From assembly GCA_965247095.1 (NCBI GenBank), contig OZ251997.1, forward strand, positions 3,232,001-3,296,000: 64,000 nucleotides of DNA, in the 5' to 3' direction. The DNA is from Candidatus Multivorans sp. (GTDB lineage Bacteria > Acidobacteriota > Thermoanaerobaculia > Multivoradales > Multivoraceae). How positions within the stretch are numbered: the stretch's first letter is position 1; every line of letters starts with the position of its first letter. Positions 1 through 9,878 of the stretch are shown one piece after another. Below the pieces are notes generated by a model, which did no database searches, was not told where the DNA came from, and saw only the letters and a list, made by a program, of their open reading frames with translations. A program made the translations under genes and the position numbers.

Positions 1-458
1 GTGTGGCCGCCGGACACGACCAACCCCAGCATCGACTCGGGCAGCGGCCGGCTCGTACCGTCGGTCCTGAGCAAGGGCGAGAACAGATGCCCTTCCAGGT
101 GGTGGACGGCAAGGAAGGGCGCCCCCAGGGAGTAGCTGATCGCCTTGCCGAGGGACAGCCCGACCAGGAGCGACCCCACCAGCCCGGGTCCCCGGGTCGC
201 CGCGACCGCCCCGATGTCCGACCAGCCGATCCCCGCCTCCGCCAGCGCCGCGCCCGATACCGTCGGCCAGTTCCGGAGATGCTCGCGCGACGCCGCCTCC
301 GGCACCACGCCGCCGAAGGGGCGATGGACCTCCAGTTGGCTCGAGACCTGGGACGAAAGCACCCGACCCTCGCCGTCGAGCACCGCGCAAGCGGTGTCGT
401 CGCAGGAGGTTTCGATGCCGAGGACGTATCCCCGGAACGCCGTCGTCTCCCCGGACAT
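1..458 (-). CDS. tsaD: tRNA N6-adenosine threonylcarbamoyltransferase TsaD (5' part; runs off the window edge)
   Basis: Not in the ORF track. Manual minus-strand translation gives VLGIETSCDDTACAV...GGVVPEAASREH...TRGPGLVGSLLVG...HHLEGH...VSGGH, the TsaD/Kae1 motifs. Confidence 0.93.
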   Translation of the reverse strand, partial: MSGETTAFRGYVLGIETSCDDTACAVLDGEGRVLSSQVSSQLEVHRPFGGVVPEAASREHLRNWPTVSGAALAEAGIGWSDIGAVAATRGPGLVGSLLVGLSLGKAISYSLGAPFLAVHHLEGHLFSPLLRTDGTSRPLPESMLGLVVSGGH

Positions 459-527
459 GCCGGCGACGTTATCCTCCGCAGTTCCGCGCCCGGCAGCGGC
501 GCCATCGCCTTCGCGCGAGAACCCACC

Positions 528-1760
528 GTGATTCCTCCCCCCAGCCTCCAAGCCGCGCTCGCCGACGGTTCGCTCGACCTCCGCGGCCGGAGAGTCGTCG
601 TGCGGGTCGACTTCAACGTTCCCATGGCGAACGGGCAGGTGCTGGACGCGACCAGGCTGCGCGAAGCGGCGCCGACGATCCGCACCCTCTGCGATGCCGG
701 CGCCCGGGTCGTGCTGCTCTCCCACCGCGGCCGGCCCCGGGGCAGGGTCGACCCCGAGCTCAGCCTGCGCCCGGTGGCCGACGCGCTGGCGAAGGTACTC
801 GACCGCGCTGTCGCCTTCGCGGCGGACTGCGTCGGCCCGGCCGCCCGCGAAGCCGTGGCCGCTCTTGGCGACGGCGCCGTCTGCCTGTGCGAGAACCTCC
901 GGTTCCACGCCGGCGAGGAGGCGAACGATCCGGCGTTTGCCTCCTCGCTTGCGGCCCTCGGCGAGATCTACGTGAACGACGCCTTCGGCGCCGCGCACCG
1001 CGCTCACGCGTCGACCGCCGCCGTCTGCGACCGGATGGATCAGGTCTTCAGCGGATTGCTGCTGGACCGCGAACTGCGGCAGCTCCGCCGTTTGCTCGAC
1101 GACCCACCCCGCCCCTTCGTGCTGATCGTCGGCGGCGCCAAGATCCGCGGCAAGATCGACGCGCTCTTCCACCTGCTGCCCCTGGTCGACCGCGTGCTCG
1201 TCGGCGGGGGCATGTCCAACACCTTTCTCGCCGCGCGGGGCGTCGACCTGGGAGCCTCCCTGGTGGAAAGCGAGGCCCTCGACCTGGCCGTAGCGGTCGA
1301 AGCGGAGACGGTGGCTCGCGGCGCCGAACTGCTGCTGCCGACCGATCTCGTGGTCACCGACTCCCTCGACGCGCCGGCGGACCAGCGTCGGCGCCGCACG
1401 GCGCCGGCCGACGGCGGCGTCCCGGCCGGGTGGCTGGCGGTCGATATCGGCCCCGCGACCCGGGACGCGTTCGCCGGAGCCACGGCGGACGCCGCGACGC
1501 TGTTCTGGAACGGACCCTTGGGCGTCTTCGAGACGCCGCCCTTCGATGCCGGCAGCCGCGCGGTGGCGCGAGCGGTCGCCGCCTGCCCGGGGTTTACCGC
1601 CGTCGGCGGCGGCGAGACGGTGGCCGCAGTGAAGCAGGAGGGCCTGGCCGACCGGATCGATCACGTCTCGACCGGCGGTGGCGCTTCCCTGGCGTTGCTC
1701 GCGGGGGAAGAACTACCGGCGGTCGAAGCGTTGCGCAAGGCCCCGAGGAGAGACCAATGA
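528..1760 (+). CDS. pgk: Phosphoglycerate kinase
   Basis: VRVDFNVP, LSHRGRP, ENLRF, NDAFGAAHRAHAS and HVSTGGGASL motifs. GTG start chosen because the upstream part of the ORF is antisense to tsaD. Confidence 0.95.
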   Translation: MIPPPSLQAALADGSLDLRGRRVVVRVDFNVPMANGQVLDATRLREAAPTIRTLCDAGARVVLLSHRGRPRGRVDPELSLRPVADALAKVLDRAVAFAADCVGPAAREAVAALGDGAVCLCENLRFHAGEEANDPAFASSLAALGEIYVNDAFGAAHRAHASTAAVCDRMDQVFSGLLLDRELRQLRRLLDDPPRPFVLIVGGAKIRGKIDALFHLLPLVDRVLVGGGMSNTFLAARGVDLGASLVESEALDLAVAVEAETVARGAELLLPTDLVVTDSLDAPADQRRRRTAPADGGVPAGWLAVDIGPATRDAFAGATADAATLFWNGPLGVFETPPFDAGSRAVARAVAACPGFTAVGGGETVAAVKQEGLADRIDHVSTGGGASLALLAGEELPAVEALRKAPRRDQ

Positions 1761-2542
1761 AGCGCAAAGCCATTGTCGCCGGCAACTGGAAGATGAACCT
1801 GCTGGGAAACGATGTCGCGGCCTACGCCAAGGCGCTGGCCGCGGCCGGGCCGGGTGAGACGGACGTCGACGTCGTCGTGTTTCCAACCCCGGTCTACCTG
1901 GATGTGGCCGCCCGCGCCATGCCGCGGTGGGCTTCGGTGGGGGCACAGGACGTCCACGCCGAGGAGAAGGGCGCGTACACCGGCGATGTCGCCGCCGCCC
2001 AGGCGCGGGACGCCGGCGCCACGTGGGCGCTGGCCGGGCACTCGGAACGGCGCGAGTTCCACGGCGAATCGAACGCCGAGGTGGCGCGCAAGGCGGAGCG
2101 GGCTCTCGCAGCCGGCATGACGCCCGTGGTCTGCGTCGGCGAAACGCTGGAGCACCGCCAGCAGGGTGAGACCGAGGCGATCCTCGACGCGCAGTTGGCC
2201 ACCGTGCTCGGGGTGCTGGACGCCGCCGACGGTGACGCCGGCGCCGGCGCCGTGCTCGCCTACGAACCGGTCTGGGCGATCGGCACCGGCCTGAGCGCTT
2301 CGCCTGAGATCGCGGCCGCCGTCCACAGCCACCTGCGAAGCGCGCTGAACGGCCACCGGCACGGCCTCGGCGACGCCGCCCGCATCCTCTACGGCGGGTC
2401 CGTCAACGCGGACAATTGCCGCGATCTGCTGAGCCGCCCGGACATCGACGGCTTTCTCATCGGCGGCGCAAGTCTTGATCCTGCCTCATTCCTGCGTATC
2501 ATTCGTCTTTCTGCGGGTTCCGGCGGCGGTGCAGCGCCTTAG
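1757..2542 (+). CDS. tpiA: Triosephosphate isomerase
   Basis: AGNWKMN, GHSERR, AYEPVWAIGTG and LYGGSV motifs; ATGA overlap with the pgk stop. Confidence 0.96.
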   Translation: MKRKAIVAGNWKMNLLGNDVAAYAKALAAAGPGETDVDVVVFPTPVYLDVAARAMPRWASVGAQDVHAEEKGAYTGDVAAAQARDAGATWALAGHSERREFHGESNAEVARKAERALAAGMTPVVCVGETLEHRQQGETEAILDAQLATVLGVLDAADGDAGAGAVLAYEPVWAIGTGLSASPEIAAAVHSHLRSALNGHRHGLGDAARILYGGSVNADNCRDLLSRPDIDGFLIGGASLDPASFLRIIRLSAGSGGGAAP

Positions 2543-2571
2543 ACGAACGGAACCGCCTCGAGGAGATTCTC

Positions 2572-2955
2572 GTGATCCTTGTCTTCTATGCCGTCCACGT
2601 GGCGCTTTCGTTGTTTCTGGTCCTCGTCGTGCTGCTGCAGCAGGGCAAGGGCGCCGATCTGTCCGTCTTCGGCGGCGGCGCGTCCCAGGCCGCCTTCGGC
2701 GCCCGGGGAGCGGCAACTCTGCTGCACAAGCTGACCGTGGTCTGCTTCGTGCTCTTCATCGTGACGACCCTGTCCATCGGCATCCTGCAGAAGCAGGGCA
2801 CCTCGTCCGTCATGAGCGGCGTCGATTCGGTGATGGACGAGGTCGAGGCCGCCGAACCGGAGACCGCTCCGGACGCCGCGCCCGTAGCGCCGGCGGAGAC
2901 GGATTCGCCGGCGGCCGAGCCGGCAAGCGAAGACCAAAACGGCAATCCAGGCTGA
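2572..2955 (+). CDS. secG: Preprotein translocase subunit SecG
   Basis: VLLQQGKGADL..FGGG between two TM segments; canonical tpiA-secG-tRNA-Leu order. Confidence 0.93.
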   Translation: MILVFYAVHVALSLFLVLVVLLQQGKGADLSVFGGGASQAAFGARGAATLLHKLTVVCFVLFIVTTLSIGILQKQGTSSVMSGVDSVMDEVEAAEPETAPDAAPVAPAETDSPAAEPASEDQNGNPG

Positions 2956-2975
2956 TTCAGCGGAGACGTGACTGA

Positions 2976-3060
2976 GCCGAAGTGGCGGAATTGGTAGACG
3001 CGCACGGTTGAGGGCCGTGTGGGGCAACCCGTGCCGGTTCGAGTCCGGCCTTCGGCACCA
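2976..3060 (+). tRNA. tRNA-Leu(GAG)
   Basis: GCCGAAG...CTTCGGC-ACCA acceptor, anticodon arm CACGG-TTGAGGG-CCGTG, long variable arm, GGTTCGAGTCC T-loop. Confidence 0.96.
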
Positions 3061-3136
3061 CGATCGATCCAGCAGGCGGACGAACGGTTACCAGGGACCA
3101 CTTTGCCCCGCGAGCGGGCTACTGGACGCGAGCGGG

Positions 3137-3718
3137 CTACTGGACGCTGACCCTCTTGATCGAGACGGTCTCCAGCGGCTGCGCATTGCTCACGTGAGTG
3201 GCCTTGACCTCCACCGTCGCGATTGAATCGACCACTTCCATGCCCTCAACGACCTTGCCGAACACGGCGTAGCCCCAACTGTCGCCCTCCGCGTCCAGGC
3301 CCTTGTTGTCCAACAGGTTGATGAAGAACTGCGCCGTGGCGCTGTGCGGATCACCGGTCCTCGCCATCGAAATCGTGCCGCGCTTGTTGGAGAGGCCGTT
3401 CTTGGACTCGTTCTCGATCTCCGGGCGGGTGATCTTCTTCTGCATCTTCGCGTCGAAGCCACCGCCCTGAATCATGAAGGCGTCCATGACCCGGTGGAAC
3501 ACCGTGCCGTCATACCAGCCCGACTCGACATACTGGAGGAAGTTCGCGACGGTGATCGGCGCCTTCTCGGGATTGAGTTCCAGCACGATCGTGCCGTGGT
3601 TCGTTTCGAGGGCAACCCTGGGGGCGGCGTCCTGGCCCAGGGCCGGCGCGGCGAGCAGAACGGTCGTAGCAGCGTAAATCAAGAAGCGACTCCATGGTCC
3701 GGCCTGTGAACTGTGCAT
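3137..3718 (-). CDS. ppiA: Cyclophilin-type peptidyl-prolyl cis-trans isomerase with signal peptide
   Basis: [31 protein letters not shown] and [11 protein letters not shown] motifs. Confidence 0.9.
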   Translation of the reverse strand: MHSSQAGPWSRFLIYAATTVLLAAPALGQDAAPRVALETNHGTIVLELNPEKAPITVANFLQYVESGWYDGTVFHRVMDAFMIQGGGFDAKMQKKITRPEIENESKNGLSNKRGTISMARTGDPHSATAQFFINLLDNKGLDAEGDSWGYAVFGKVVEGMEVVDSIATVEVKATHVSNAQPLETVSIKRVSVQ

Positions 3719-3736
3719 CTGGTCGATCTCCAGAGA

Positions 3737-4452
3737 TGAATCCGCCTGGGCCCCATGCCGCAGGCGCGGCGCAGCCTAGCAGTCCGCGCCCTCAGACGCC
3801 GTCGCTCGTGGGCGTCGTGCTGGCGGGCGGCGCCGGCCGCCGGCTCGGCCGCGGCAAGGCGGGCCTCCGGCTGCCGGGTCGTCGGCCGGAAGAGCCGGGG
3901 CCGACGCTGGTCGAATGGGCCGCGTCCCGGCTTGCAGCGGTCAACGGCGTCGAGGAGGTCCTGGTGGCGGCCGGAAACGTCGGCACCGGGAGCATTTCAA
4001 CGGGAACTGACGTGCCGGTCTCGGCTATAGCCGACGGCACCGGCTCGGGCCCGGCTGCCGGCGTGCTCGGAGCGGCCCGGTCCCGGCCCGGCCGAGAGCT
4101 GCTCGTGCTCGCCTGTGACCTTCCGCTGGCGCCGGTGGAATTGTTGGACGCCCTCGCCGATAGCCGGGCCGACCTGGCCTCGGCGGCTTCCAACCCGGCT
4201 GATCCGTGGTCCATGAACCCCACCTGTGCGCTGTGGAAGCCGCCGGCCCTGAGGTTGCTCGAACGGCGCGTCGCCACCGGCGACTTCCGCCTCTATCCGA
4301 CGCTCCAGAGCTCTGGCCTCCGGGTACAAGCGATCGACGCCGGCAGGTTCGGTGATCCAAAGCGCGTTCTGCTGAATGTGAACACGGCCGATGACTGGGA
4401 GCGGGCCCAGCGGCTATTCGACCTAACGGGACTGCGACCCGCCGCCCTCTGA
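3737..4452 (+). CDS. mobA: Molybdenum cofactor guanylyltransferase (MobA-like NTP transferase)
   Basis: GVVLAGGAGRRLGRGK, GPAAG, LACDLP and C-terminal NVNT motifs. Start uncertain. Confidence 0.8.
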
Positions 4453-4788
4453 TCGACGCGCCTGGCACTCGGCACACGGGCAGAGACGCCGCAGGAGGTC
4501 GAAGCGGTAGATGCCGGTCCAGTGACCGTCGGACCAGGCGATGCTGAGTGCGTAGTTGCCGACCTGGGACACCGTCTGTGCAGTCACCGGCCGCGGCGGC
4601 GGTTGATACCGCAACGGCCCCGCGTTGTGCCCCTGGCACATGGCGCAGGGGCAGTAGCCGCGGAGGACGTCGTACTCGTAGTCGCTCGCGTGGCCGTCCT
4701 GCCATTGGACGCGCAGCAGCCGCGCCTCGTGATCGCGCCGCACTTCGGTGGGCCAGATGGTCACTGAAACCGTCCGGTGCGTGGCCAT
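4423..4788 (-). CDS. DUF971 / gamma-butyrobetaine hydroxylase N-terminal-like small metal-binding protein
   Basis: W.DGH...LRGYCPCAMC...VGNYALSIAWSDGHWTGIY pattern. Confidence 0.8.
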   Translation of the reverse strand: MATHRTVSVTIWPTEVRRDHEARLLRVQWQDGHASDYEYDVLRGYCPCAMCQGHNAGPLRYQPPPRPVTAQTVSQVGNYALSIAWSDGHWTGIYRFDLLRRLCPCAECQARRSEGGGSQSR

Positions 4789-5105
4789 GGCCGGCCCCCG
4801 GTCGCCGCTTGCAACGGCGTCGGCGGGTCGACGGTGCCGAACGGCGTCCATGGTCCACACCGGACCAGGCGCGCCACACTGCTCAGACCGCCGGCTGCCA
4901 GACCGCGCGCCCGGACCTGTGCCCGGGCGTACTCGCTGCAGGAGGGCACGAAACGGCAGCGCACCCCGGCGCGGGAAAGAAGCGGCGGCACGCCTACCTG
5001 GTACACGCTGATCAGCGCGCCGGCGACCCGCACGGAAAACTGCCTCTCCGGCCGCCGCCCGAGGTCGAAAGCCAGGGCGACGCAGAGCGCCAGAGCCACG
5101 AACAT
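4761..5105 (-). CDS. YidD-family (membrane protein insertion efficiency factor-like) protein, second copy with N-terminal hydrophobic segment
   Basis: CRFVPSCSEYA...G...RLVRCGPW..G.VDP matches the YidD cysteine motif. Start uncertain. Confidence 0.75.
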   Translation of the reverse strand: MFVALALCVALAFDLGRRPERQFSVRVAGALISVYQVGVPPLLSRAGVRCRFVPSCSEYARAQVRARGLAAGGLSSVARLVRCGPWTPFGTVDPPTPLQAATGGRPWPRTGRFQ

Positions 5106-5155
5106 CAACACTCTCCTCAGGGAGAGCTTCGGTCTTCGGGTTTGGCGGCGAACGC

Positions 5156-5524
5156 TCAGAAGCGGTCGACCAGGGGCGTCAGCACAGGCACCTTGAGGCG
5201 CCGGCCATTGATTCCCTGCACAATGCACGCGATCCGCACCAGCACGAAGGCGACGAACGCCATGAAGATGAACGGCGCCAGCAGGCAGCCGATGCCTCCG
5301 GTCAGGAACAGGGCGATCTGGATCACGATCCACAGCCCGAACTCCGCGCCCATCAGGACGAGGCCGTGCTTCGCGTGCCACTTCACCTCCTCATCCTTCT
5401 CCTCGATCAGGAGCGGCACCAGAACCAGGATCCAGAGGTAGGCGAGAACCACCATCAGGTTCCGGTTCGACGCCGGCGCAGGGGGAGGGGGCGGTGTGGG
5501 TGGGGGCGCTGCCGGTTCTGTCAT
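5156..5524 (-). CDS. DUF4870-like small membrane protein
   Basis: LAYLW...VKWHAKHGL...three TM segments, GING...VP C-terminus. Confidence 0.65.
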   Translation of the reverse strand: MTEPAAPPPTPPPPPAPASNRNLMVVLAYLWILVLVPLLIEEKDEEVKWHAKHGLVLMGAEFGLWIVIQIALFLTGGIGCLLAPFIFMAFVAFVLVRIACIVQGINGRRLKVPVLTPLVDRF

Positions 5525-6506
5525 GCGTCTACCTTCACATCGAGCGCCTCGCCGGGCCTGTATGCGGAGGCGCCTCCGAGAGCCAGTGTAGCGCGGTAGA
5601 CCTCCCGGTATCGCGCCACGATCGCGCCGCGGTCGAAGCGGGAGCGGGCCCAACGACGACCGTGCCTGCCGAAAGCCTCACGGCGTGGAGAGTCGCCGAG
5701 CAGGGCAACGCAGCTCCGCGCCAGCGCCTCCACGTCGCCGACCGGACACCGTCGCCCACCAGGCAGAGCCGCGCCGGGAGCTGGCGCCGGACCAGAGCAA
5801 ACGCCGCAACGACATCGGCCAGGCGCTTCACCGGACGGAAGTTCGAGATGTGGACGATCTGCATGCCCCGTTCCAGCGGCGCGTCCGACACCGCCGGGCC
5901 AAGACCGTTGTCCGCTCCCGTGATCCCCGACGCTGCCCGCCATACGGGGTCCCGGGCCACGGGCACGAAGTTGGGGATCACCTCGACCGGGTCATCGAGA
6001 GCGAACCGCTCCGTGACCTCCCGCTGCAGGGCGTGACTGGGGACCGTGACGCAGTCGCTGCCCCTGAGCGCCCAGCCGACGATGTCGCTGTAGCTCGGAT
6101 GAGCGCCCACGAGGGTCACGTCCGTGCCATGGACCGTCGTGACCACCGGGCAAGCCCGCGGCCCGCCCGCGGCTTGCGCAAGCATCTGTCGCGCCAGCAG
6201 CGCCGCCACCGCGTGCGGCGCCGCGTAGTGAACGTGAATCAGGTCCAGCAGGCAGTCCTGGGCCACCTGTGCCAGCCGGTTCGCGAGGGCCAGCGTGTAG
6301 GGCGGATGCTCGAAAAGCCCGTACTCCAGGATTCCCGAACCGTCGACCGGGTGATGGTGAACTCCCGACGCCTCCGGCAGACGCGGCGGCCGGGTCGAGC
6401 TGACGACGTGGACGGAGTCGCCGCTCTCGGCCAACGCGAGAGCCAACTCCGAGGCAACAACCCCGGAGCCCCAGAAACTCGGGAAGCAACAGATCCCAAC
6501 GCGCAT
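5521..6506 (-). pseudogene. bshA: N-acetyl-alpha-D-glucosaminyl L-malate synthase BshA, with internal deletion and frameshift
   Basis: GSGVVASEL, HVHYAAPHA, TTVHGTD and HISNFRPVKR are present. The frame switches at about 5750 from LVGDG directly to CPVGDVEALA, and the segment carrying the GT4 E-x7-E motif is missing. Confidence 0.8.
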
Positions 6507-6517
6507 CCGACCCCCTT

Positions 6518-8203
6518 CTACGCGGTCTCGCCGCTCGCGGTTGCAGCGCCCCCCGGCGGAGTCCCGTCCATCGCCAGCGGCTGCAGCCGCCGCGGATCCC
6601 GGTCGATCGACGACAACCGGCGCACCAGTTCCCCGCCGTAGCTCGCCAGGCAATGGAGCGACGTGAACTCCCGCTCTTGCAGATGGCCGTTGGGCAGGCA
6701 GTGCTCGCGCAACCTCTCGATCCGGCCCTTGAGGACATCGTCGCGTTGCGCGGCCGCCGCCACGACCCTCCGTTCGAATTGGTCGAGCGTCCGCCTCAGG
6801 TTCGCCCCGGTCTTGCTCCAGGCACCGGCGAGCGACTGGTCGACCGAAACGTGGCCCGCCGCGAGATCGTCCACCGCCGCTTCGACCTTGGCCCGGGCGG
6901 AGGCGATGAACTCGAGCCCGCAACGCGCCGCGAGGCGCCGGTCGAGCTCGTCGGGCCGGGAAAGAACATTCGCTAGATCGATCCCCTCCGCCTCGAGCCC
7001 CTCAAGCCACCGGCGCTCGCGCGCCCCAAGCAGCAGAACCTGGGGCCGCAGGGTGATCGCCGGCGCCGCCACTTCCAGCTCCCTGTAGAGGGCGCGGGCC
7101 TGGGTCATGTAGGCCAGTTCACCGGGGCCGAGGATCATGAGCGCGGTGCCGAAGACCGCATCCTGCACCGCCGGCCGCGCCAGAACTCCAGGGCTCAGGG
7201 CCTCCGGGTCGCGGCTCAGGGTGTCGATCAGGTCGTCCAGGGTCCCCGAGCCGCCGCCGCGCAGCCGGTAACCGCCGGTCCCGTCCCAGACCACCCGCCG
7301 CCGCTCGCCTCCGGCGTCGATGAGAAACAGGGGCGCCTCGCCGCTCTTCGACCGCACCGGAACCCGGATGTTCCGGCGCTTGAGTTCCTCCGCCGCCGCC
7401 TCCAAGGCCCGGTCGACCGGACGCCGCCGCTCGATCAGCCGCCGGAGCACGGGTACTGCGGCCGACTTCAGCGCGGGAAGCTGCGAATCGACCAGAAGCG
7501 GGCACCGGTCGCCGAGGAACCGGACCATGAGCCGCGAGAAGGACTCGGCAAAGCAGCGATCGGGCCGGAGGTGCTGCCGGCAGTCCTCGATCCGCCGCCG
7601 GTAGTCGTCGCTCGGCGCCGCCTCCAGAACCCTCGCCAGCAGCGCTTCTACAGCCGACCCCAACGGCCGGTCGCCGACAGGTCGAAGCGGCGCCGGATCC
7701 TCGCCCAGGGTCAGGGCCTCGGGCCCGGCGGGCGGAAAGTAGGCGCGCGCCACCTCGGCGAAATCGTGGTCTTCCGACGCCATCCAGAACAGAGGCGCCG
7801 CGCGCCGCCCCCGGCGGGTGAGTTCCTCGGCCCAGAGCGTGCAAGCCGCCGCCTTGGTCAGCGTGAACAGGGGTCCGCCCCCTACGCCGCACTGCTGGCC
7901 CGCGATCACGACCAGCGTTTCCGGATCGGCCAGGGCGTCGGCGAGCCGGGCGGCGCCGGCGTGGCCGTAGCGTTCGTTCCGCTCGCCGAGTGCGGCCGCA
8001 ATGGACCCGCGGTCGAGCGCCGAGCCGGCCGGCGCCGTCAGGGAATCCTCGTCGCCCGGCAGCGCGAATCGCAGCGGTTCGAGCAGGTCGAGATCACGCC
8101 CGTCGAGGAACCGCCGCGGCAACTCGCCCAAGAGGCCGCACGCGCACAGATCGGGGCCCACCGGAGCGGGCCTTGCACTCGCAGGGTGAGGGTGGTTCGG
8201 CAC
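6518..8203 (-). CDS. bshC: Bacillithiol biosynthesis cysteine-adding enzyme BshC
   Basis: AGQQ..GGPLFTLTK, FWMASEDHDFAEV, SPGVLARP, GPGELAY and LQER motifs; adjacent to bshA. The first ~460 codons of the ORF-track call are antisense to dusB and the next gene. Confidence 0.88.
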   Translation of the reverse strand: MPNHPHPASARPAPVGPDLCACGLLGELPRRFLDGRDLDLLEPLRFALPGDEDSLTAPAGSALDRGSIAAALGERNERYGHAGAARLADALADPETLVVIAGQQCGVGGGPLFTLTKAAACTLWAEELTRRGRRAAPLFWMASEDHDFAEVARAYFPPAGPEALTLGEDPAPLRPVGDRPLGSAVEALLARVLEAAPSDDYRRRIEDCRQHLRPDRCFAESFSRLMVRFLGDRCPLLVDSQLPALKSAAVPVLRRLIERRRPVDRALEAAAEELKRRNIRVPVRSKSGEAPLFLIDAGGERRRVVWDGTGGYRLRGGGSGTLDDLIDTLSRDPEALSPGVLARPAVQDAVFGTALMILGPGELAYMTQARALYRELEVAAPAITLRPQVLLLGARERRWLEGLEAEGIDLANVLSRPDELDRRLAARCGLEFIASARAKVEAAVDDLAAGHVSVDQSLAGAWSKTGANLRRTLDQFERRVVAAAAQRDDVLKGRIERLREHCLPNGHLQEREFTSLHCLASYGGELVRRLSSIDRDPRRLQPLAMDGTPPGGAATASGETA

Positions 8204-8254
8204 GGCGGCTGATCCTAGCCCCGGAATGGCTGTAGGGGACGTAGAATCGGCGCC

Positions 8255-9286
8255 ATGACCGGGCCCTCGCCAGCGATGCCGCCGCTCGAGCCGATCGTGC
8301 TCGGTCAGGGCGAGCGGGCGGTAACGATCGATCCGCCCCTGTTCCTGGCGCCGATGGCCGGCGTCACGGACCGGGACTTCCGGTTGATCGTGCGCCGCAT
8401 CGGCGGCATCGGCCTGGTGTCGATGGAGTTCATCTCGTCGCGGGCCATTGTCGACGGCAACCGGCACACGCGGGACCTGATGTTCTTCTCGGAGGAAGAG
8501 CGTCCGCTGGCGATCCAGATCTACGGCGCCGACGCGGACACGATGGCGGAAGCCGCCGAGGTCGTCGAAGCGCTCGGCGCCGACATCTGCGACATCAACA
8601 TGGGCTGTCCGGCGAACAAGGTGCTCAAGGGCTGTGCGGGCGCCGCCCTGATGGGCGATCTCGACCTCGCCGGCCGCATCGTCGGCGAGGTGCGCCGACG
8701 CATCAGCATCCCGCTGACGGTCAAGTTCCGGCTCGGCCTGGACCACGGGCAGTCGAACTACCTCGACCTCGGCCGGCTCTGCGAAGACCTGGGCGCCGAC
8801 GCGGTGGCGATGCACGCCCGGACCGCCAAGCAGATGTTCCGCGGCGAAGCGGACTGGACCCACCTGGCCCGACTCAAGGAGACCCTCTCCATTCCGGTGA
8901 TCGGCAACGGCGACATCGTGGTTCCGGAGGACGCCGAACGTCTGCTCCGGCAGACCGGCTGCGACGGCGTAATGATCGGCCGCGGCGCGACGCGGAACCC
9001 GTGGATCTTCCACCAGATCGCCAGCCACCTGCTGGGTGAGAAGGCGCCGGCGCCGACCCTGATCGACCGGCGCGACCTGATCCTTGGCCATTTCCACATG
9101 GTGGCGGAACGCGAAGCAAACCGGTTCGCCCTGCACAAGCTGCGCAAGTTCACCGGCTGGTACACCCACGGGTTGCCGAACGGAAAGCACCTGCGCCAGC
9201 AGATCCAGCAGCTCGACACCGTGGAGAAGTTCCTGGTCGCGGTCGAGAACTTCTTCGACCGGCAACTCGACGAGCTGGCCGCCTAA
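8255..9286 (+). CDS. dusB: tRNA-dihydrouridine synthase DusB
   Basis: LAPMAGVTD, DINMGCPA, HART, GNGDI and DGVMIGRG motifs. Confidence 0.92.
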   Translation: MTGPSPAMPPLEPIVLGQGERAVTIDPPLFLAPMAGVTDRDFRLIVRRIGGIGLVSMEFISSRAIVDGNRHTRDLMFFSEEERPLAIQIYGADADTMAEAAEVVEALGADICDINMGCPANKVLKGCAGAALMGDLDLAGRIVGEVRRRISIPLTVKFRLGLDHGQSNYLDLGRLCEDLGADAVAMHARTAKQMFRGEADWTHLARLKETLSIPVIGNGDIVVPEDAERLLRQTGCDGVMIGRGATRNPWIFHQIASHLLGEKAPAPTLIDRRDLILGHFHMVAEREANRFALHKLRKFTGWYTHGLPNGKHLRQQIQQLDTVEKFLVAVENFFDRQLDELAA

Positions 9287-9321
9287 GGGAAGCTCCCTAG
9301 CCGCGCCTGTCAGCACCCGAC

Positions 9322-9771
9322 GTGCTTCCACAGTATGAGATCGAACTGGAACTGACTCCCGAGGAAGCTCTGGAGGCGCTCTCGGACGGCGCCGAGGCCT
9401 GGAACGGAACCTGGCACCGCCAGGGTACCGGCGGCCAACTGACCCTGCCCGTCGCCGCCGGCGTCCGCTCCGGCGTCCTGCACGGCTCGGTTTCGGTGCG
9501 GTCGACCGGGGCCGGCGTCCACGTCCTCTTTCACGTCGAGCGGTCCGACTACTCGACCAATGCCGCCGCGGTGGGCATCCTGGCACTCGGCGCCCTGGGC
9601 GTTCTGGCGATGCTCGCCTGGCCGCTGCTGCCCGGGACCTCCCCGAACCTCGCCGGCAGCGGCTTCATCCTCATCCTGCTCGCCTGGCTCGTCGTCGGCT
9701 CGAGGCTCCGCCACCGAAGCGCGGCGGACTTCCTGGCCAGCCTGGGGCCGCGGCCGGGCGAGCATCCCTGA
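9322..9771 (+). CDS. Hypothetical membrane protein (two C-terminal TM helices)
   Basis: Typical high-GC3 codon usage; hydrophobic segments. Confidence 0.6.
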   Translation: MLPQYEIELELTPEEALEALSDGAEAWNGTWHRQGTGGQLTLPVAAGVRSGVLHGSVSVRSTGAGVHVLFHVERSDYSTNAAAVGILALGALGVLAMLAWPLLPGTSPNLAGSGFILILLAWLVVGSRLRHRSAADFLASLGPRPGEHP

Positions 9772-9878
9772 GACGCCGGCTCCGCCGGCTCCTGCATCGT
9801 CAGCCGATACACCAACGGGAGGTCGACGTGACCATGGACGTGACCATGGACCGGATCCGTGATACCGTCGGCGGCACC

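Noticed and set aside
3-527. N-terminal extension of Pgk
   Set aside because: It is the antisense shadow of tsaD.
8204-9586. 1022-aa BshC fusion
   Set aside because: The extra N-terminal region is the antisense of dusB and the next gene.
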